A stretch of DNA of 64,000 bases from the NCBI GenBank assembly GCA_951406725.2, contig OX597825.1:3162001-3226000 (forward strand), given 5' to 3'. Positions 25,135 to 41,072 of the stretch are shown one piece after another (the first letter of the stretch is position 1; the number at the start of each line of letters is the position of its first letter). This stretch comes from Octopus vulgaris (taxonomy: Eukaryota). The notes below the pieces were generated by a model, which saw nothing but the letters and a program-made list of their open reading frames with translations, was not told the origin of the DNA and made no database searches. The position numbers and the translations under genes were made by a program.

Positions 25135-26262
25135 GCACGTATACATACATACGCTTATATGTATATATATATATATATCAAATATATCAAATATATATGT
25201 ATCAAAATAAGCAACAAGAATAACTTCGGCAATTTGGTACAATCGTTTCACGTTACATCATATTATTAAATGTTGTAAGTATGACAACGGTTTTAAAATG
25301 CTAGATGCCCTTGTTTGGTGAACTCCTAGGTGATGGGGACGTGAACATATGAACAGGTGATGGTGGTGGGACACGAAGACATACACTCAGGTATACACAT
25401 ACATAAATACACACATGCCTATATACATACGTTTTTCATGTCTTTCGTTTCACATAAATCTATAAATATTAAAGGGCCCGCAATCAGGCCTTATAAGGCT
25501 TTTTTCGGCTAGACGCTATAGTAGGCGATACGTGATATAGTGCCCCACGGTCGAACTAAGCCCAGAAACATGTGACTGCAAGGCACGCTTCTGATCACAT
25601 AGCCTCAACCATAACCACACTTCACCCATCTTATTTCAACAGGGCAAATAACACGCCGTGCAATATCTTTCATACGTCTCGCTTTCAAACGCCCTCTTTT
25701 AGATATTCTACGGACAGTGTATTTTCTACGCTTACTTTTCTCAAATGTTTCATGCTACCATTTCCTTTATTTGCTTCTGTCTCTATAGAGCTACTTTTGT
25801 TCGTTTTAGCTATACACATCTATACATATAGATGTGTATAAATATATATGAATATATACACGAAGATAAATATATATAAATATATACACGAAGATATATC
25901 TTCGTTATATTCCGAAAACAACTGAGCCAGATGGTCAAAGAACTTTCTTGAATATATTTTCTGAATTTAGTATTGAAGGTTGCTTATGCTTTTGTAAAAC
26001 TTTGCAAAAAGGCAATTAATATATGGATTCAAATGTGTGTGAATGTGTCTGAATATGTAAATCTATGAATTTATGTGCATCAATCTGTTTGTGTATGCAT
26101 CTATATATGAGAGTTTATGCATGCACAGGTACAACAATGAATAGGTATATATATATATATATATATATAAGATCGTTTACAGTTAGCGTTTTTCAGTTCG
26201 CATCTATCTATATATCCATTTATCTATCTATCAGTATGTGTGGATGTGTGTATATAAATATA

Positions 26263-26306
<44 letters not shown>

Positions 26307-27127
26307 CATATTGTTATATCTTTTATCCGTAGATTAGATACTTAAAAATATGATTACATTTTACGATTAAATCGAAAATATATTCTAGAAATAATTGATT
26401 TAATAGAGATCTCTGTGGTTTTAAAAGAATAATTTCATGGAATTATGCAGGGCCCTTGTCATTCTGTGCCCCTTTTTTTTAATATTTCAAAAGACCTTTC
26501 TCTTATTATGCATATACGAACGTTACTATATATTTAGAAGATTTTTTTTTTATGAGAGACGCCAATAGTTTGGCAACTTTCAATGAGATTATAGCATAAT
26601 ATTTCGCTATATCAATCCATACATTTATATTTTAATCTCCTCCATAGAACATTATTAAATCAAATAATGCTGAAATTTACTTTGAATTTCATTCGAAATT
26701 CCATTTACAGTTATAGGTAATATAGGTATCTTTTAATGAAACATTCGACAAATAACATCATGTTTGACTTTATTTCGATTATATCAGGGTATTAATTTAA
26801 ATAAAAAACAACAACACTATAGGAGTTAGATTTGACACACCTCCATTTATCTTCTCATTGCTTAGATGATTGAATTACAATTATGAGAAAGAGATTATTC
26901 CGTGCCGCAATTGATCTCAGCTATGTCTAGTATAATAAATGACCACGGAAGAGATAGAACGCCCCCCCCCCCGCCTATTGAACAGGATGAGGTTGCGTCA
27001 AACTTTTTGGAAAAATGCATTCAGTATTTAGTGCTAGCATTTTAATTGCATTTCTACAATGATTCCTTTCAGAGTCAATTTTCGGAAATTGTGGAATATG
27101 CCTGAAACGTAATAGTCTTAATCATAC

Positions 27128-27713
<586 letters not shown>

Positions 27714-27761
27714 TACATACACACATACACACATACACACACACAGAGACACACATATATA

Positions 27762-27798
<37 letters not shown>

Positions 27799-28476
27799 TT
27801 CCGCGTCTGTGTATGGTGCAGATGGCTATTTCCGAATTTTCTGCTATTTTTCGTAGAGAGTTGACATTTAAGTTGTATATGTCTGCCTTAAGAACAGTTA
27901 AATATTGTTTTTTTTTAACTACTGATGAATTTACACCTTCTGTATTATATTGAAAAAGAAATCTTCTGTCACAGTTTTACCATGAGCTACGAAATATATT
28001 TTCATGGTATAAGACTCATGGTATAAGAATGCTTTAAAAAAATTCTGACTCTAAGTGCATGAACACGCATGCATACATACATTCATACATAGAAACCCGT
28101 ACACATACACCTGTTCAACCAAATACATATGCATGCACACACACACACACATATATACATACCATGTTCACCTTTATACACCCATATGTTTCTGCTGAAT
28201 TATATATGTCAGTATCGGCGTTTTCTTTTATTCTCGTATAGTTCTTCTCTCATTAAAACATCTTATTTTCTTGTGCCGATGAGTGTGTTACGTTTGATCA
28301 TCGATTTTCCAATACTTAGTGCCATATGTTCCCGGAACCGTTTTTAGCTACAATAACAAACTTGTCTGTGTGTCTGCAGCAATAACCTTATTTCTTAGCA
28401 GTAACATTCTACAGCCTTTCGCAAAATATATATATCCAAGTGTTCAGTTCACTCAAGAAAATGCAGCTTTATATGT

Positions 28477-28707
28477 ATTTCTTACTACCCATAAGGGGCT
28501 AAACACAGAGAGGACAAAGAAGGACAGACGAACGGATCATGTCAATTACATCGACCCCAGTGCATAACTGGTACTTAATTTATCGACCCCGAAAGCATGA
28601 AAGGCAAAGTCGACCTCGGCGGAATTTGAACTCAGAACATAACGGCAGACGAAATACGGCTGCGCATTTCGTCCGGCGTGCTAACGTTTCTGCCAGTTCG
28701 CCGCCTT
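28477..28707 (-). mobile_element. Monomeric SINE family B
   Basis: Close match to 12318-12547, including tRNA-like head, B box and central domain. Confidence 0.85.
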
Positions 28708-30119
28708 CTGCTGCTTTTTATCTGTACATCACATTGTATCCTTCTGAATAATAAACGCCAGTAAAACATATGACCTTATGAAAACACGGAGAGCCTGATC
28801 AACATATCCATAAAACTCTATTTAATTTAGATATCACTGCATTAGCATAAATTTGCATACTTAAACAAAATGCAATGTAAGACTCAGTAGGAATATAATA
28901 TAAACCTCAATGTCTGAGCATTCAACCTACTTATTCTGATATAAGTTGGATTCTTCCAGTTGTTCATAAATGGCCAGTCGTGATGGTGAGTGAGAATGTA
29001 TGTGCGTGGAGTTTTCTATACGTGTCTGTATATGTTTAGCGGACAGAACACCGGAGGTTATGACCGAAAGAATTTAAATGAGGGAACCATTAATGTTGAA
29101 AGCTTGGCTATTCTTATGGAGATTTATATAGTTGATTCGATTGTGATTCTGTCATTTCCTCTAACAAACCAGAAACACCTCTTGTTCTCATATTAACATT
29201 AATTTTATATTTTTTTATTCACGTTTCCGCTTTATCTTCATTGTATTATACTCGATAACTATCAATCTTTTTCATTGAGTAGAAAAAATATTAAAGATAA
29301 ATTCAATACAAAAAAAAAACAAGAAAGAAAAAAGAGCCAGGATTCCTTGAAATGTGATGGAAACAGTCATGAGGGGTAGTAATTGGAGTTAAGATACGCT
29401 AGAAGTAAAGATAGCGATAATTTTGGGTTGGCTGTAGTGGATTTGTGTACGTAAAACTAATAGTCTTTAAATGTGGTTTTTGTTATGAAACCAGGTATAG
29501 TTTGTGGATATAAATACGGTAGTGTTTGTTACTGCCATCAGCATCCGACTATGATGCTGTTGCACATTTCAGTGATGGCGTTTAAATAAAAAAAAAAGAG
29601 TGTTAGCCCTGGAAATATATCTGGTAGGTTGATAGCGAATGATTGTGAGGGTTTGTTTTAGCAAAGCAATTCCTAGCAGTAAAGCAGGCTGACATGCGGA
29701 TATTGATGGTATGGTAGCTTGCAGAGGAAGAGCAAATGATGGTATATTTCATGGCGTAGTCGGCGTTGATGATGATTAATTTTTATAGTGTTCAGTGTTT
29801 AGTGAGCCTGAGCTCAATAGCAATGATATTAAGGAAGGTGAGGAAAGATGTGCTCGATTATAATTAATGCAGTCTGAGGCCCTCCAAAGTGCCGAAAGAA
29901 AAATATATGTCAAATAATCGAGGACCTGGAAATAACAAATCTACTGTTAGAATAAAAAAGAATTAAATTAAATGAATTAGGAAAATATAAGAAAAATAAA
30001 TAAAATCGATAGTATCATGGGAAATAGGAAATAGAACATGAACAAAACGTAATATTAAACAATTTTCTACTGTGAAGAGGAAAGTATTATAGAGAGATAG
30101 GTAGGTATATAAATATATA

Positions 30120-30123
30120 GATC

Positions 30124-30200
<77 letters not shown>

Positions 30201-30294
30201 GTAGGTAGATAGATATATAGATCGATAGATAGATAGGTAGGTAGATAAATAGATAGATAGATACATAGATAGATAGTTAGATAGATAGTTAGAT

Positions 30295-30390
<96 letters not shown>
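30120..30390. repeat. (AGAT)n with embedded (AT)n
   Basis: Read directly. Confidence 0.95.
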
Positions 30391-31221
30391 TAGGATTGAA
30401 AGAAAATGAGAAGGAAAGACAAAAGACAATTGGAGAGTGTAGGGGGTGGATAAAAATAGGCTGACAGGCGAGAGAGAAAAAGTGAAAGAGACAGGCGGAG
30501 ACAGAATGAGAATTAAACAGACTAACATAAAGAGAAAGACATTACACAAAAAAGAAGTCAAATGAAGTAGGACGGCTGAATGAATGCATAAATAAAGAAG
30601 AGGAAAACTATTAGACATTTGGCCACAAACCAAAATATATATTTTTTTTGAGGATAATGAAGTATTTTTTTAAGACTTCTTGACAACTCGACGGGAAATT
30701 TTTATACAGTAGATCATAGAAATATCAGGAATGTTTATGCGATAAAGGAGGAAAATATACAAGTATGTACGTGCCTCTGTTTCTGAGTTACCATGTAGAT
30801 ATTCAGATATGTGTTCACGTATGAATGCACTTGTATATATGTGTATGTGTACATACACACACACACGCACACACACTCATATATAGGTAGATAGATAGAT
30901 AGAAGCTGCGCAACAAGGGTTCGGCTTCCAACGGCTTTGTTTCGAGTTGAGTCATACAGCGTGTCACATTTGGTTGGCACAAACTAAAAGATACTCGTCG
31001 TGTGTATGTGTGTATGTGTGTGTGTATGTGTGTGTGTATGTCTGTGTGTATGTGTGTATGCGTGTGTATGTGTATATACTTATGTAGAAAGAGAGCAATG
31101 TAGAGATAAGTATATAATATACATTAATGCTCACGCGTGCGCACACACACGTACACACACAAACAATATACACTCCACACACACAAACAATATACACCCC
31201 ACACACACACACATTGCATGA

Positions 31222-31850
31222 TTTATACAGAAGACAGAGTGTAACTATAAGAATTTATTATCAGAACAATCGTTATTAACAGCCTTGTGAGATTTAGTGA
31301 CGATTACATATCTTCTGCACTGGTCCCCAATGGGCGTGCGACGATGCAATGGCACCAGATGCAACCACAGTGCAAAAGGTTTCTCATCGGGTGGCGTAAT
31401 ATTCTTCAAAACGTACAGATATACATTACCTTCTCGCTTCAAAGTATTTGCTGATGGTGACATTCCAGTATTTCCGACATATTTAGTACAGTGAGAAAGA
31501 TGTGGTCAAGAAGAAACTAAAAGAATAAAAAGAGAAACGAAGCCTCTAATATATTAGACACCTTGTGTTATTATTTTTTTTCAGTTTCGTCTTGACCAAA
31601 TCTTCCTCACTTTACCAAAAGAGTCTTAAACTCTTCCACTCGCACCATCAGCATAAAACTTGAAGCGAAAATAAATAGAAATCTGCTTCGTTGTGAAGCA
31701 TCGTATCTCACCTGATGGGGCTATTTTGCACTATGCGTTACATCGGGTAACATTACATCTTCCAACGCCCACTAAAGACCAGTGTAGAATGAAGCCGGAA
31801 TGATTGTTGTGATAATAAATGCTTCTAGTTACACCCTGTGTTCTGTATTG
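31222..31850. mobile_element. Old palindromic MITE/foldback-like element with ~300-bp diverged arms
   Basis: ATACAGAAGACAGAGTGTAACTATAAGAATTTATTATCAGAACAATC pairs with GATTGTTGTGATAATAAATGCTTCTAGTTACACCCTGTGTTCTGTAT. Inner matches include TGCACTGGTC/GACCAGTGTA, GCTGATGGTG/CACCATCAGC and GGTCAAGAAGAAACT/AGTTTCGTCTTGACC. Confidence 0.75.
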
Positions 31851-32020
31851 TTCATTTAAAATATACAAAAACGCACAGATGCACTGAAGACACCTGGTAG
31901 CCATACGTGGTGAACTTGCTCTACAACCAGACTACATGGGACTTTCTCTGAAACAGGCTTTAGATACTGTATTTAATACCTTCTTTCTAAACCTTAATTC
32001 TTTAATTCTAAATTTAAGCC

Positions 32021-32079
<59 letters not shown>

Positions 32080-32080
<1 letters not shown>

Positions 32081-32143
32081 ACACCTTGAGCAAGCCTTAT
32101 GAGTGGATTTGGTAAACGGAAAATGAAAGAAGCCCGTCGTATG

Positions 32144-32178
<35 letters not shown>

Positions 32179-32364
32179 TTACATGTAAGAATATGTTTGT
32201 GTGTCTGTGTTTCTTCCCCCAACATCACTTGACAACCGATGCTGGTGTGTTTACGTCCCCGTCACTAGGCTTAGAAAGAATAAGTACTCGGGGCGATTTT
32301 CCCGACTAAAGGCGGTGCTCCAGCATGGCCGTAGTCAAATCACTGAAAGAAATAAAAGAATAAA
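32080..32364 (+). mobile_element. CORE-like SINE family C with internal microsatellite, internally deleted
   Basis: GAGTGGATTTGGTAAACGGAAA...GAAGCCCGTCGTA, then (AT)(GT), then GGTGTGTTTACGTCCCCG and GGCGGTGCTCCAGCATGGCCG. Confidence 0.8.
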
Positions 32365-33111
32365 TAGCTTGCAATTTTTAACCAAACAGGATCATTATAA
32401 TTGTCCCTAAGTGTGATTTAGTGTGGTAAGAACTACCTTCAGAGAATGCATAAGACTGACGCCAGTTTCAGCAGTTTCCGTTACCTCATCATTTAAGCCA
32501 GCTCATTGTTCAGCTTTACACGGACCTGTTTATCTCTTAAGATTTGCTTTCGTTATCCAAATTAATAGCGAAACATTGCAGCCTGCTGTGCATATTTATT
32601 TCGTTTATACACTTTAACAAATCGCTAAACCATCCATTAATTTTGATGACGAAAACATAAATAGTAATTGAGAAACAGGTCCAGCGGAAAACTGAGCTGG
32701 CTTAATTGATGAGGCAACGAAAATCTCCGGAAATGACGTCAGTCTCAAATATTCCTCATTAGAATTTTCTCGAAAAACTATGATCCCTGTTGGTGTATAT
32801 ATTTTGATTGAAAAGCGTTAGCTACAGCATTAGAACCTTTTTTACATTTTAACATGCAGCAATCTAAGTGTTTATTAACGGCCCTCTGAGATTTAGTGAC
32901 AATTATATATATATGGCAATAAGAAAATGGAGGGGGTCATTAGATGGTTCATCAACTTTTAGACATTATATTATGTTAACTTATTTATTTATTTACAAAA
33001 CTGACAATTACAAGAATATACATACATGTATTATATATTATGCTTTACATATGAGATATAAAATATATTAATATATAGGGATACCAGTAATTATTACAAA
33101 ATAACATACAT

Positions 33112-33202
<91 letters not shown>

Positions 33203-33694
33203 TGTGTGTGTGTGATTGCATTGTATTGAATAAATTACAGCATCCTCAAAATAAAATTTTTTCAAATTGTTCACAAGATCTTTATTATCACGTCTTCATT
33301 TCTAAAATCTGCAAACATTTGCTGATATATTATTAAATAATTTTCTTTTGTGTTCAGGACTACAATACAGATCTTCATATGCTTGTGGTCAAAATTTATA
33401 TATTCACGCGTCAGGCGCTAATCGACCAGTGAATATTTCTTATTCTATGTTCAGCCTTAGGCATAGTGAAATATTTACATGCTTCACTCTATTAACTGTT
33501 TTCATTTCTATAAAACTCATTATTGAAATTAACCACATACCTCGCTTCTTTAATTAATCATGGACTGTTATTACAATGAATATTTTCAAATTCTTGTTAT
33601 TTTCTTTCTTTGATGGATTGTTTGTTGTAATGCCATTTATCTCCCCTTTCTCTGAAGGTTTTTCAAAGCATTCATCTCTAAATATTCTTTTATC

Positions 33695-33990
33695 CCTTTA
33701 CTTGTTTCAGTGATTGACGGCAGCAATACTAGGATCACTACCTTTAGTCGAACAAATCGATCCCAGGATTTATTCTTCGTAAGCCTAGTAAGTATTTAAT
33801 TGGAGTCTTTTGCTGAAATGCTAAGTTACAGGTATATAAACACATCAGCATTGGTTGCCAGGCGATGTTAGGGGGACGAACACAGACACACAATCATATA
33901 TATATATACATATATACGACGGGCTTCTTTAAGTTTCTATCTACCAAGTCCATTCACAAGGCTTTGGTCGGCCCTTGGCTATAGTAGATG
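33695..33990 (-). mobile_element. CORE-like SINE family C
   Basis: Colinear with 59310-59690 (CTTGTTTCAGT...TTTAGTCGAACAAATCGA...GGCTTTGGTCGGCCC). Confidence 0.8.
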
Positions 33991-34821
33991 TATGTATCCG
34001 CTGGTGTGCGTATGCGTATGTGTCTATCTATATATGTAACCGCTTATGTCACTGTAAAACTACTAATTTTTCTAGTAGTAATTGACTCTCTTGAAGTTAT
34101 ATTACAACTACTTTACGAAAGATAGTCAACTACTTTGATCCCGCAACGTATTATTCATGAAACTTAGCTTCATTCCTTAACAATTATTATTCATTTTGTA
34201 CCATATCTTCTACATATTCATTTGTTAATTGTCACCCAATTTCCTGTGGAGCAAGCTTTCGTAACACATACTGTCTTCGTTTGTTCATGTATCCAAAAGT
34301 TCATATGTCCTCGTATTAACTCATACTTAAACAAATGTCTTTATCGTATGACACCTGGGAAATTATTATCGTTAGTGAAACTTTTAGCTTACATATTTAA
34401 CATTATGTGTATGCACTCACAATATCTTCCTTCATAAGACGCCACTACAGTCTTCATATCACACGCAGGTGGAATAAAGAGTGTTATTTAATTAACCTAC
34501 GAAGAAAATCTACTGAATACGTATGAACATACATTTTATGTGCTATAATGTAATATTGCAACTAGTTTGCTTTCGCTGTCAGCCGTAGAGTGTATCTCGC
34601 TTGATTACATTACTCGTGTTAAAATATAGAATTATGCGTCACAAGTGCACAGACAATACGGGAAACATATTTACATAAATGTATATATTGAAATGCATAG
34701 ATAAACGCATTCATATATAGATAAATATAAATCATACATGTATTTACAAACAAATACATATATGCATATCAAATGTCTGCACACGGATATTACTCATATA
34801 ATGATTTGACAAAAAGTATTA

Positions 34822-34858
<37 letters not shown>

Positions 34859-35441
34859 TACATACATATATATAAGGGAACAGAACAGTACACGTGTTCG
34901 CGCTAATGAGTGGTAATTCGCATCTGTGTATCAAGTTAAAATATGATGACACTATGTTCGATACCGCATACGTTAAAAACTGATTTTGTAATTCTTAAAA
35001 AAGGAAAAGCGAGAGATATGAGAGAAGAGGAAGAGATTGTTATAGATAGAGTCAGAACATAGAGAGAAAGAAAACCTGATATCAGAGTGAAAAAGTATTT
35101 TCAAAAACAAATACGTATAAAAGTTTGAAACAGAACCGACTTTACGACGTGCGTTTGTACTTGAGAACTTGCTTTTTGTTTGAATGTGCGCGTGTGTGTT
35201 TACGTTGATTGTAATATATATTGATTTTCTTGACGTATCAAATATATATATACATACACACACGTATAACACACACCCATGCACATATATATTCATGCGT
35301 GTATACATTTTTATATATGCATATATGTATGTGACTATGTGCGCCCACACGGATATATCTCTATCTAATTTTCAACGTCTCCCTCTCGCTCGGTCTCTCA
35401 CTTTCTACATATACATATACATATATATGTATTTATGCATG

Positions 35442-35501
<60 letters not shown>

Positions 35502-35564
35502 TGTATTATATGAATGTATATATATATGTGTATTTTAATGTGTATGTATATATATATATACATG

Positions 35565-35613
<49 letters not shown>

Positions 35614-37659
35614 GTGTGTGTATATGTATATGTTTGTGCATGTATGCATGACTGTTTGGAATAATTGGTAAAGAAATTCTTGTTAGACGTTGATTGGCAC
35701 CATTTTATACGAGTCTATATTCTTATCAGCTGTAATATATTTTTTAAACTTATGTATTTAAAATTTTTTCAAATAAATCTGAAGCAAGGCACCTGCTCAC
35801 CGTTGCCATCATCATGTATTATAACGCCAATCATTTAAGAGTTTTTTCTGGAAATTTCATTCTCTCTCAGACATATGTCACATTTGCAGAAGGCGTATCT
35901 TCGTCTTGATCCGGGCAAATTTATTTTTAGATTACAGAATAGATGTTAGTTTCCTTCTTTATTCGTTGGGAATTGAATTACATCCTATTTTCTTCAGTTA
36001 CTAATTCGAAAAAAGAAAAGCAAAATATCAAATTTATTGTACTTTTGATTTATACATTTGTCGAAGTCATGGTTCCTGGAAGTTTGGAGGATTATCTTCT
36101 TGATATTTAGACCTTGGTTTCCATGAGCGTCCCGAGTCGTTCGTTTCCACAACCACAAATTTGTATTTCCCTCTGATAATGAAAAATCGGATAAAAATGA
36201 GTACCATCCTCCCAGTGGGAACTGCACAATAGATCGAACAGCATTTTGTGCTTTCTGTAGCCTTAACACGTTCAGTATCAAAAAGAGATTACAGGCACAT
36301 AATTTCATCTGCCTGATGTAGAAAAAAAAAATCACACACCATTGTTGGCCGTTAGGTTGGTTGCAATTTAGCCCGACGGGTCCACTTCCTCAAAACGGCT
36401 GATGTTAAAACACATAAAAATCATAGATGGTGAAGACATCTCGCCCAAGATAACATTCAGGATCGGTGGACATCTATGTTTCGCTAGTTTTTGTGGCATA
36501 TCAACTTAATGCACCTGAAAAGACCTGAAAAGGTGAACTGAATCTTCAGTCTATGATTATTTACAAATAGTGTAAAAATAATTTGCTGGTGTGCTCTGGC
36601 GATGCATACTTAAGAATATAATCAAGTATAAGATAGAAGCAGCACTAGAGCTGTGAGCATAATCGACCATACATTCTCAATATTCGTGATATATATCCTC
36701 ATACGCTGCAATTTAGCGTGGTGGGAACGCCTCCTTCACTGCGTCGGGTTCAAAATACCTGAAAGATATTGACAGGCGAGATAACTCGCCCCAAACATAC
36801 ACTTCAAGAGTGATGAACATTGATGTTTCGCCCTTTTTGTGGCTTACAACTATTACATATATCTGAGCAAGTGACTTGAGAGTTATTCCCACCGCGCTAA
36901 CAGCAGCCTACCTTGAAACGAGCAAAGTATGTAAGTTGCGTACGTGTGATTTACAGCGATTAGAACGCTAGCGTTGATTATAAATTATATTTGAATATAT
37001 TATTACGTATACATCGTCGAGACACACCAGCAATATCTTTTAACACTATTTGATAAATAGTCGTAGACTGCCGAGTAAGAATACTGTCTCAATAGCCAAC
37101 AGTAGGAATCATTCCGAGTTCATTATTTATTCATTTGCTTTCGGTTGACTTATTTTTATTTTTTATTTGTTTATTTATTTTCTGGCGTCGCAAAATGTGT
37201 TCTTAGTTCTTCCTAAAATCCACATCCATTATTTTACAAGTTCAGTTATCTATTCTCACGAGGCTTAAAATACTCAAAAATACTGTGAAAATCGAAAATA
37301 TATGACAACCTACAACCTACAGAATGACAAAGTGAAAAGCTGTTGAATATCCATAATCGGGTCTAAGGTTCACCCATGAATCTATTTATAGCTATATGTA
37401 AATTCATAGGCGTGTGCACCTAGGCAATCCGGTATATATACACTCACAGAGGCACCATTATTATCATGCTCTGGATAGTGTTTCTTGTATAATTGGAAAC
37501 CTAAATACACCGATCAATGAGAAAGTGTTTCACTTAAACTTGCTCCTGGTATAAATTGCTTGAATGCAGAAGTGTATACAGGAGAAGCGTTAACTCTCAG
37601 TTCGTGGCGAGATCACGTAGCAATAATCTCAGAGTTTACCAATCTATACATTCAGCGTA

Positions 37660-37841
37660 GAAATTGCATAGCATTTTTTTCATAATACAGTTCTATGTTT
37701 AAGAGATGAGGAATTATATACCTTATTTACCTTATTTACATTTGACGGGTATTTGTCCTCATTGCTAACACAACGTTTCGGCCGATATACTATCCAGGCT
37801 TCATTTCGAACCAGGGTTCTCATTCCTAAGTTATATTTCGA

Positions 37842-37843
<2 letters not shown>
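37660..37843 (-). mobile_element. Repeat fragment carrying a broken hammerhead-like motif
   Basis: Minus strand ATGAAGCCTGGATAGTATATCGGCCGAAACGTTGTGTT retains GAAAC and the palindromic AACGTT but lacks the upstream CTG. Abuts (ATT)n. Confidence 0.4.

Positions 37844-37932
<89 letters not shown>
37844..37932. repeat. (ATT)n microsatellite
   Basis: Read directly. Confidence 0.95.
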
Positions 37933-37935
<3 letters not shown>

Positions 37936-40900
37936 TAGTTTTATTTTTATAGCGTGCTTTCACTTCACTACCGAGCGCATCATCGATATATAATCCAGAC
38001 ATATTACTTACTATGAGTTAAAAAATGTTTTACATAAAAATTGCTAAAATATTTCAAAGTTATATATAAAATATCTCCCTATATCTGGAAAAAGGAAAAC
38101 CAAAATTACCAACTTTCCTTCCTCGAAAGTGTTCAAGAATATGGTGTAGCTTGTATGATTACGTAGGAACTTTTGTGAATAGCTGCTACATCTACCCCAA
38201 ATGTGTGTATATCATATTTAAAAAGAAAAGTTACATTGGATAGCGCAGTCTTGTTCAATAAAGTTCAAATCTGTTCTCAATCAATCAATACCAAGGACGT
38301 AAAGTTCGACATTAGCTGCAATAATTCTCTGTACAGCTGCAAAACCAGATGAATAGTATGATGTAAAGAAAGCGAATTGTGACTGGAGACACAATGGACA
38401 TAAGGTCAGAATACTTCACCGCAAAGAGCAGTACTGACATTGTGATCAAGGGACAGAGGCATAAGAAAGTGGGGCTGGATTTGATGGAATGTGTCAATTT
38501 CTTTAATTCTTTGGCATTTTGTTAGGGATGTGTTAGTTGACATATTTTTTCTCATTACTCGACTGATGCATTATTATATCAACCTCAAACGCATGAAATC
38601 AGAGTTTACCGCAGCAGTATTTGAACTCAGAGAATAAAAATCTAGGAAAAGCACTACAAACCAATTTCCGACGCCAATTATTCCTCTAAAAATGATGACA
38701 ACTTTTTGGAAGTGAGTTAGGTACGTAGCTAGATTGTTCGGAGACATTATTAATTGATTAGATCTACTCTAGTATTTGAAGTTACTTCGGCACAGCTTGG
38801 ATGAAAGTCAAATGTGACCGCGTCAGGATTTGAAGCGAGACCATAATATGCCGGAAGCATACTGAGTATTATTTTGACCGATTCTTTTCCGTCTCTGCCA
38901 TATAAATCACCTTTATTTAATAGCACTTATGAAGACCATAAGAAATGGTGTAATATACAGGATCCTGTAAGTGAAGAAAACTGAACGGAGAAGGAACAGG
39001 ATTGAACGTATTTTTAACGACGCAGATCAAGTGTTCATAAATCTAATTTACTGTAATTATTCATTGAATTGAATGCTTTGTTACTGGTAAACTTTGTTTA
39101 GAAAGTGAGAGGTTTTATCACATTTAAGTAAGTAATCATAAATGACCTGATTATATGATTGTTCTCGCTCAGCATTCAGCACTAACTAGAAGAGAAACTT
39201 CAAATCATTTACCGGCCTAAATCAATTCAGTAGTTATAACAATACAGTCATGGGTTCAACAATTTCACATTATTAAGGATGTGATTTGAGAACTTAAATC
39301 TGCCAAGGCATAAACTCATTAAAGCTGGCATGCAATTTAGAAGCCAAGAGGCCAAAGAGATTGCCTCTTTGATTGAATAATATCGATTCATTTTACTTTT
39401 CATTTGAATACAACGTCGAATAATTCATAAATGAATATGTTTATAATAACCAGGGTGAGGATATCAATTGTATGTTAAACCCCAATATTAAAGGACTTCA
39501 TTTCATAAGTAAAATTGATTGAGTTAAACATACAGCTAAGATTCTGTTCCATTAAGCATTATATTATATTCTGTTGTGAATGAAGCGTACTTATACTGAG
39601 ATTCGTTAATGATTCAAATGCAGCCTATGCCCCATGGTATCATTCTGAATCAAGCCGGATATTTACACGTTTCCTCTATTAGGCTTAGCAACAATATCTA
39701 ACGAAAATCAAATCCTGTCCACGCTACGTTATTCAATCAATGACTTGTATTGTTGATTTGCCATGATTAGTCTTGGGCCAAAAACAAGAATTTAACACTA
39801 GCATTACACTTAACGTGTTGACGCATTTAGAGTTTTGAATAATTCAAGTGATGCGGGGTATTTAATTTTCAAGGTTCTATGTCAAAATAACCGCAAAATC
39901 ACGAACATAATGCAAATATTATTGCATAACATTTGATACAGAGTTGCTTTGCAATACATTTATGTATCTCTTGTCGCTCTTTCACTCTTCTTAGCACTGT
40001 GTTACTGATTCTGCCCACCCCCTCTCTCTCATATGTGACTGTGTATATATAATTACTGAATGATAGACAAATAGGTAAACTGCTAGACCGGTTAGAAGGA
40101 ACCATAGATAGACTGGAAACAGAAGGAACACACCAGCGTACAAATGTCAAAACATTTCGTCAGCCTATTTGTACTTACTAAAACCCCTCAATCTCTAATG
40201 AAGAATGGATCACACTATATAAAATATATTTCTAAATATTATTAAAAACGATTCATTTGAAAGGAATTCTTCTCGTTTCATGTTTAAATCAATGATGAAC
40301 TGATGTTTAACACAAAGTTTAGACGAATAGATCTTTCAGATTCAAAATTCAAATCGGAAATAGCGAAACCTCGTTTCATTCCACTGTTTATGGTATCAAT
40401 GTCTGTTCTTATAAAATAATTAAACAATGTGTATTGACAAAAAACACGTTTACCAAACAGGTTATTAACCATAAAGAGAAATATTGTGGCTCTCGTAGGA
40501 GTAATGTCTATTAAATAATGAATTGCTAATATTATATCATCTGCATTTTATTCAGAAGCCGGCCCAAGTTCAAAGACTCTTTTGAATCTTCAATCAGTTC
40601 TAACAATACATTATATATTTATGAATTTTTATGTTCAACACATAAGCTTGTTCAGCTCCAGTTGAGATTATTTTGATAACTGTGAAGAATACAGGCTGAG
40701 AAGAGATGTCACACGTTTCCACGAGCCCAACGGTCAATGAAATTTAGGACACTGTTATAATAACCTAGAATCGGACTTTACTAAATTTTGAAATAGTGTT
40801 AAATGCTTTTATGCGACGGATACAATTTACAATAACAATAAATAAATATTCAGAAAAGCAGAGGAAACTATTGATATTCTGATTGGTTCGAAGAGTTTTC

Positions 40901-41072
40901 GGTAAACATACCTGGTAAATAGCCATAGGCAAATATATTGCGTGCAACATGCTTCCTCCGTCAAGATTAGCTGGTGATTAATTTATCCATGATATAGTAT
41001 GGAGATTTCAGTGTTCATACGCCCTTGATAACGACGGGATGTATAAAGACAATTATAACATACGTTACGTAA

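Noticed and set aside
35994-36540. Unique-looking sequence with minus-strand polypyrimidine-AG acceptor-like sites and a 113-aa ORF
   Set aside because: No recognisable protein motif or clear donor site. A non-coding exon cannot be supported without RNA-seq.
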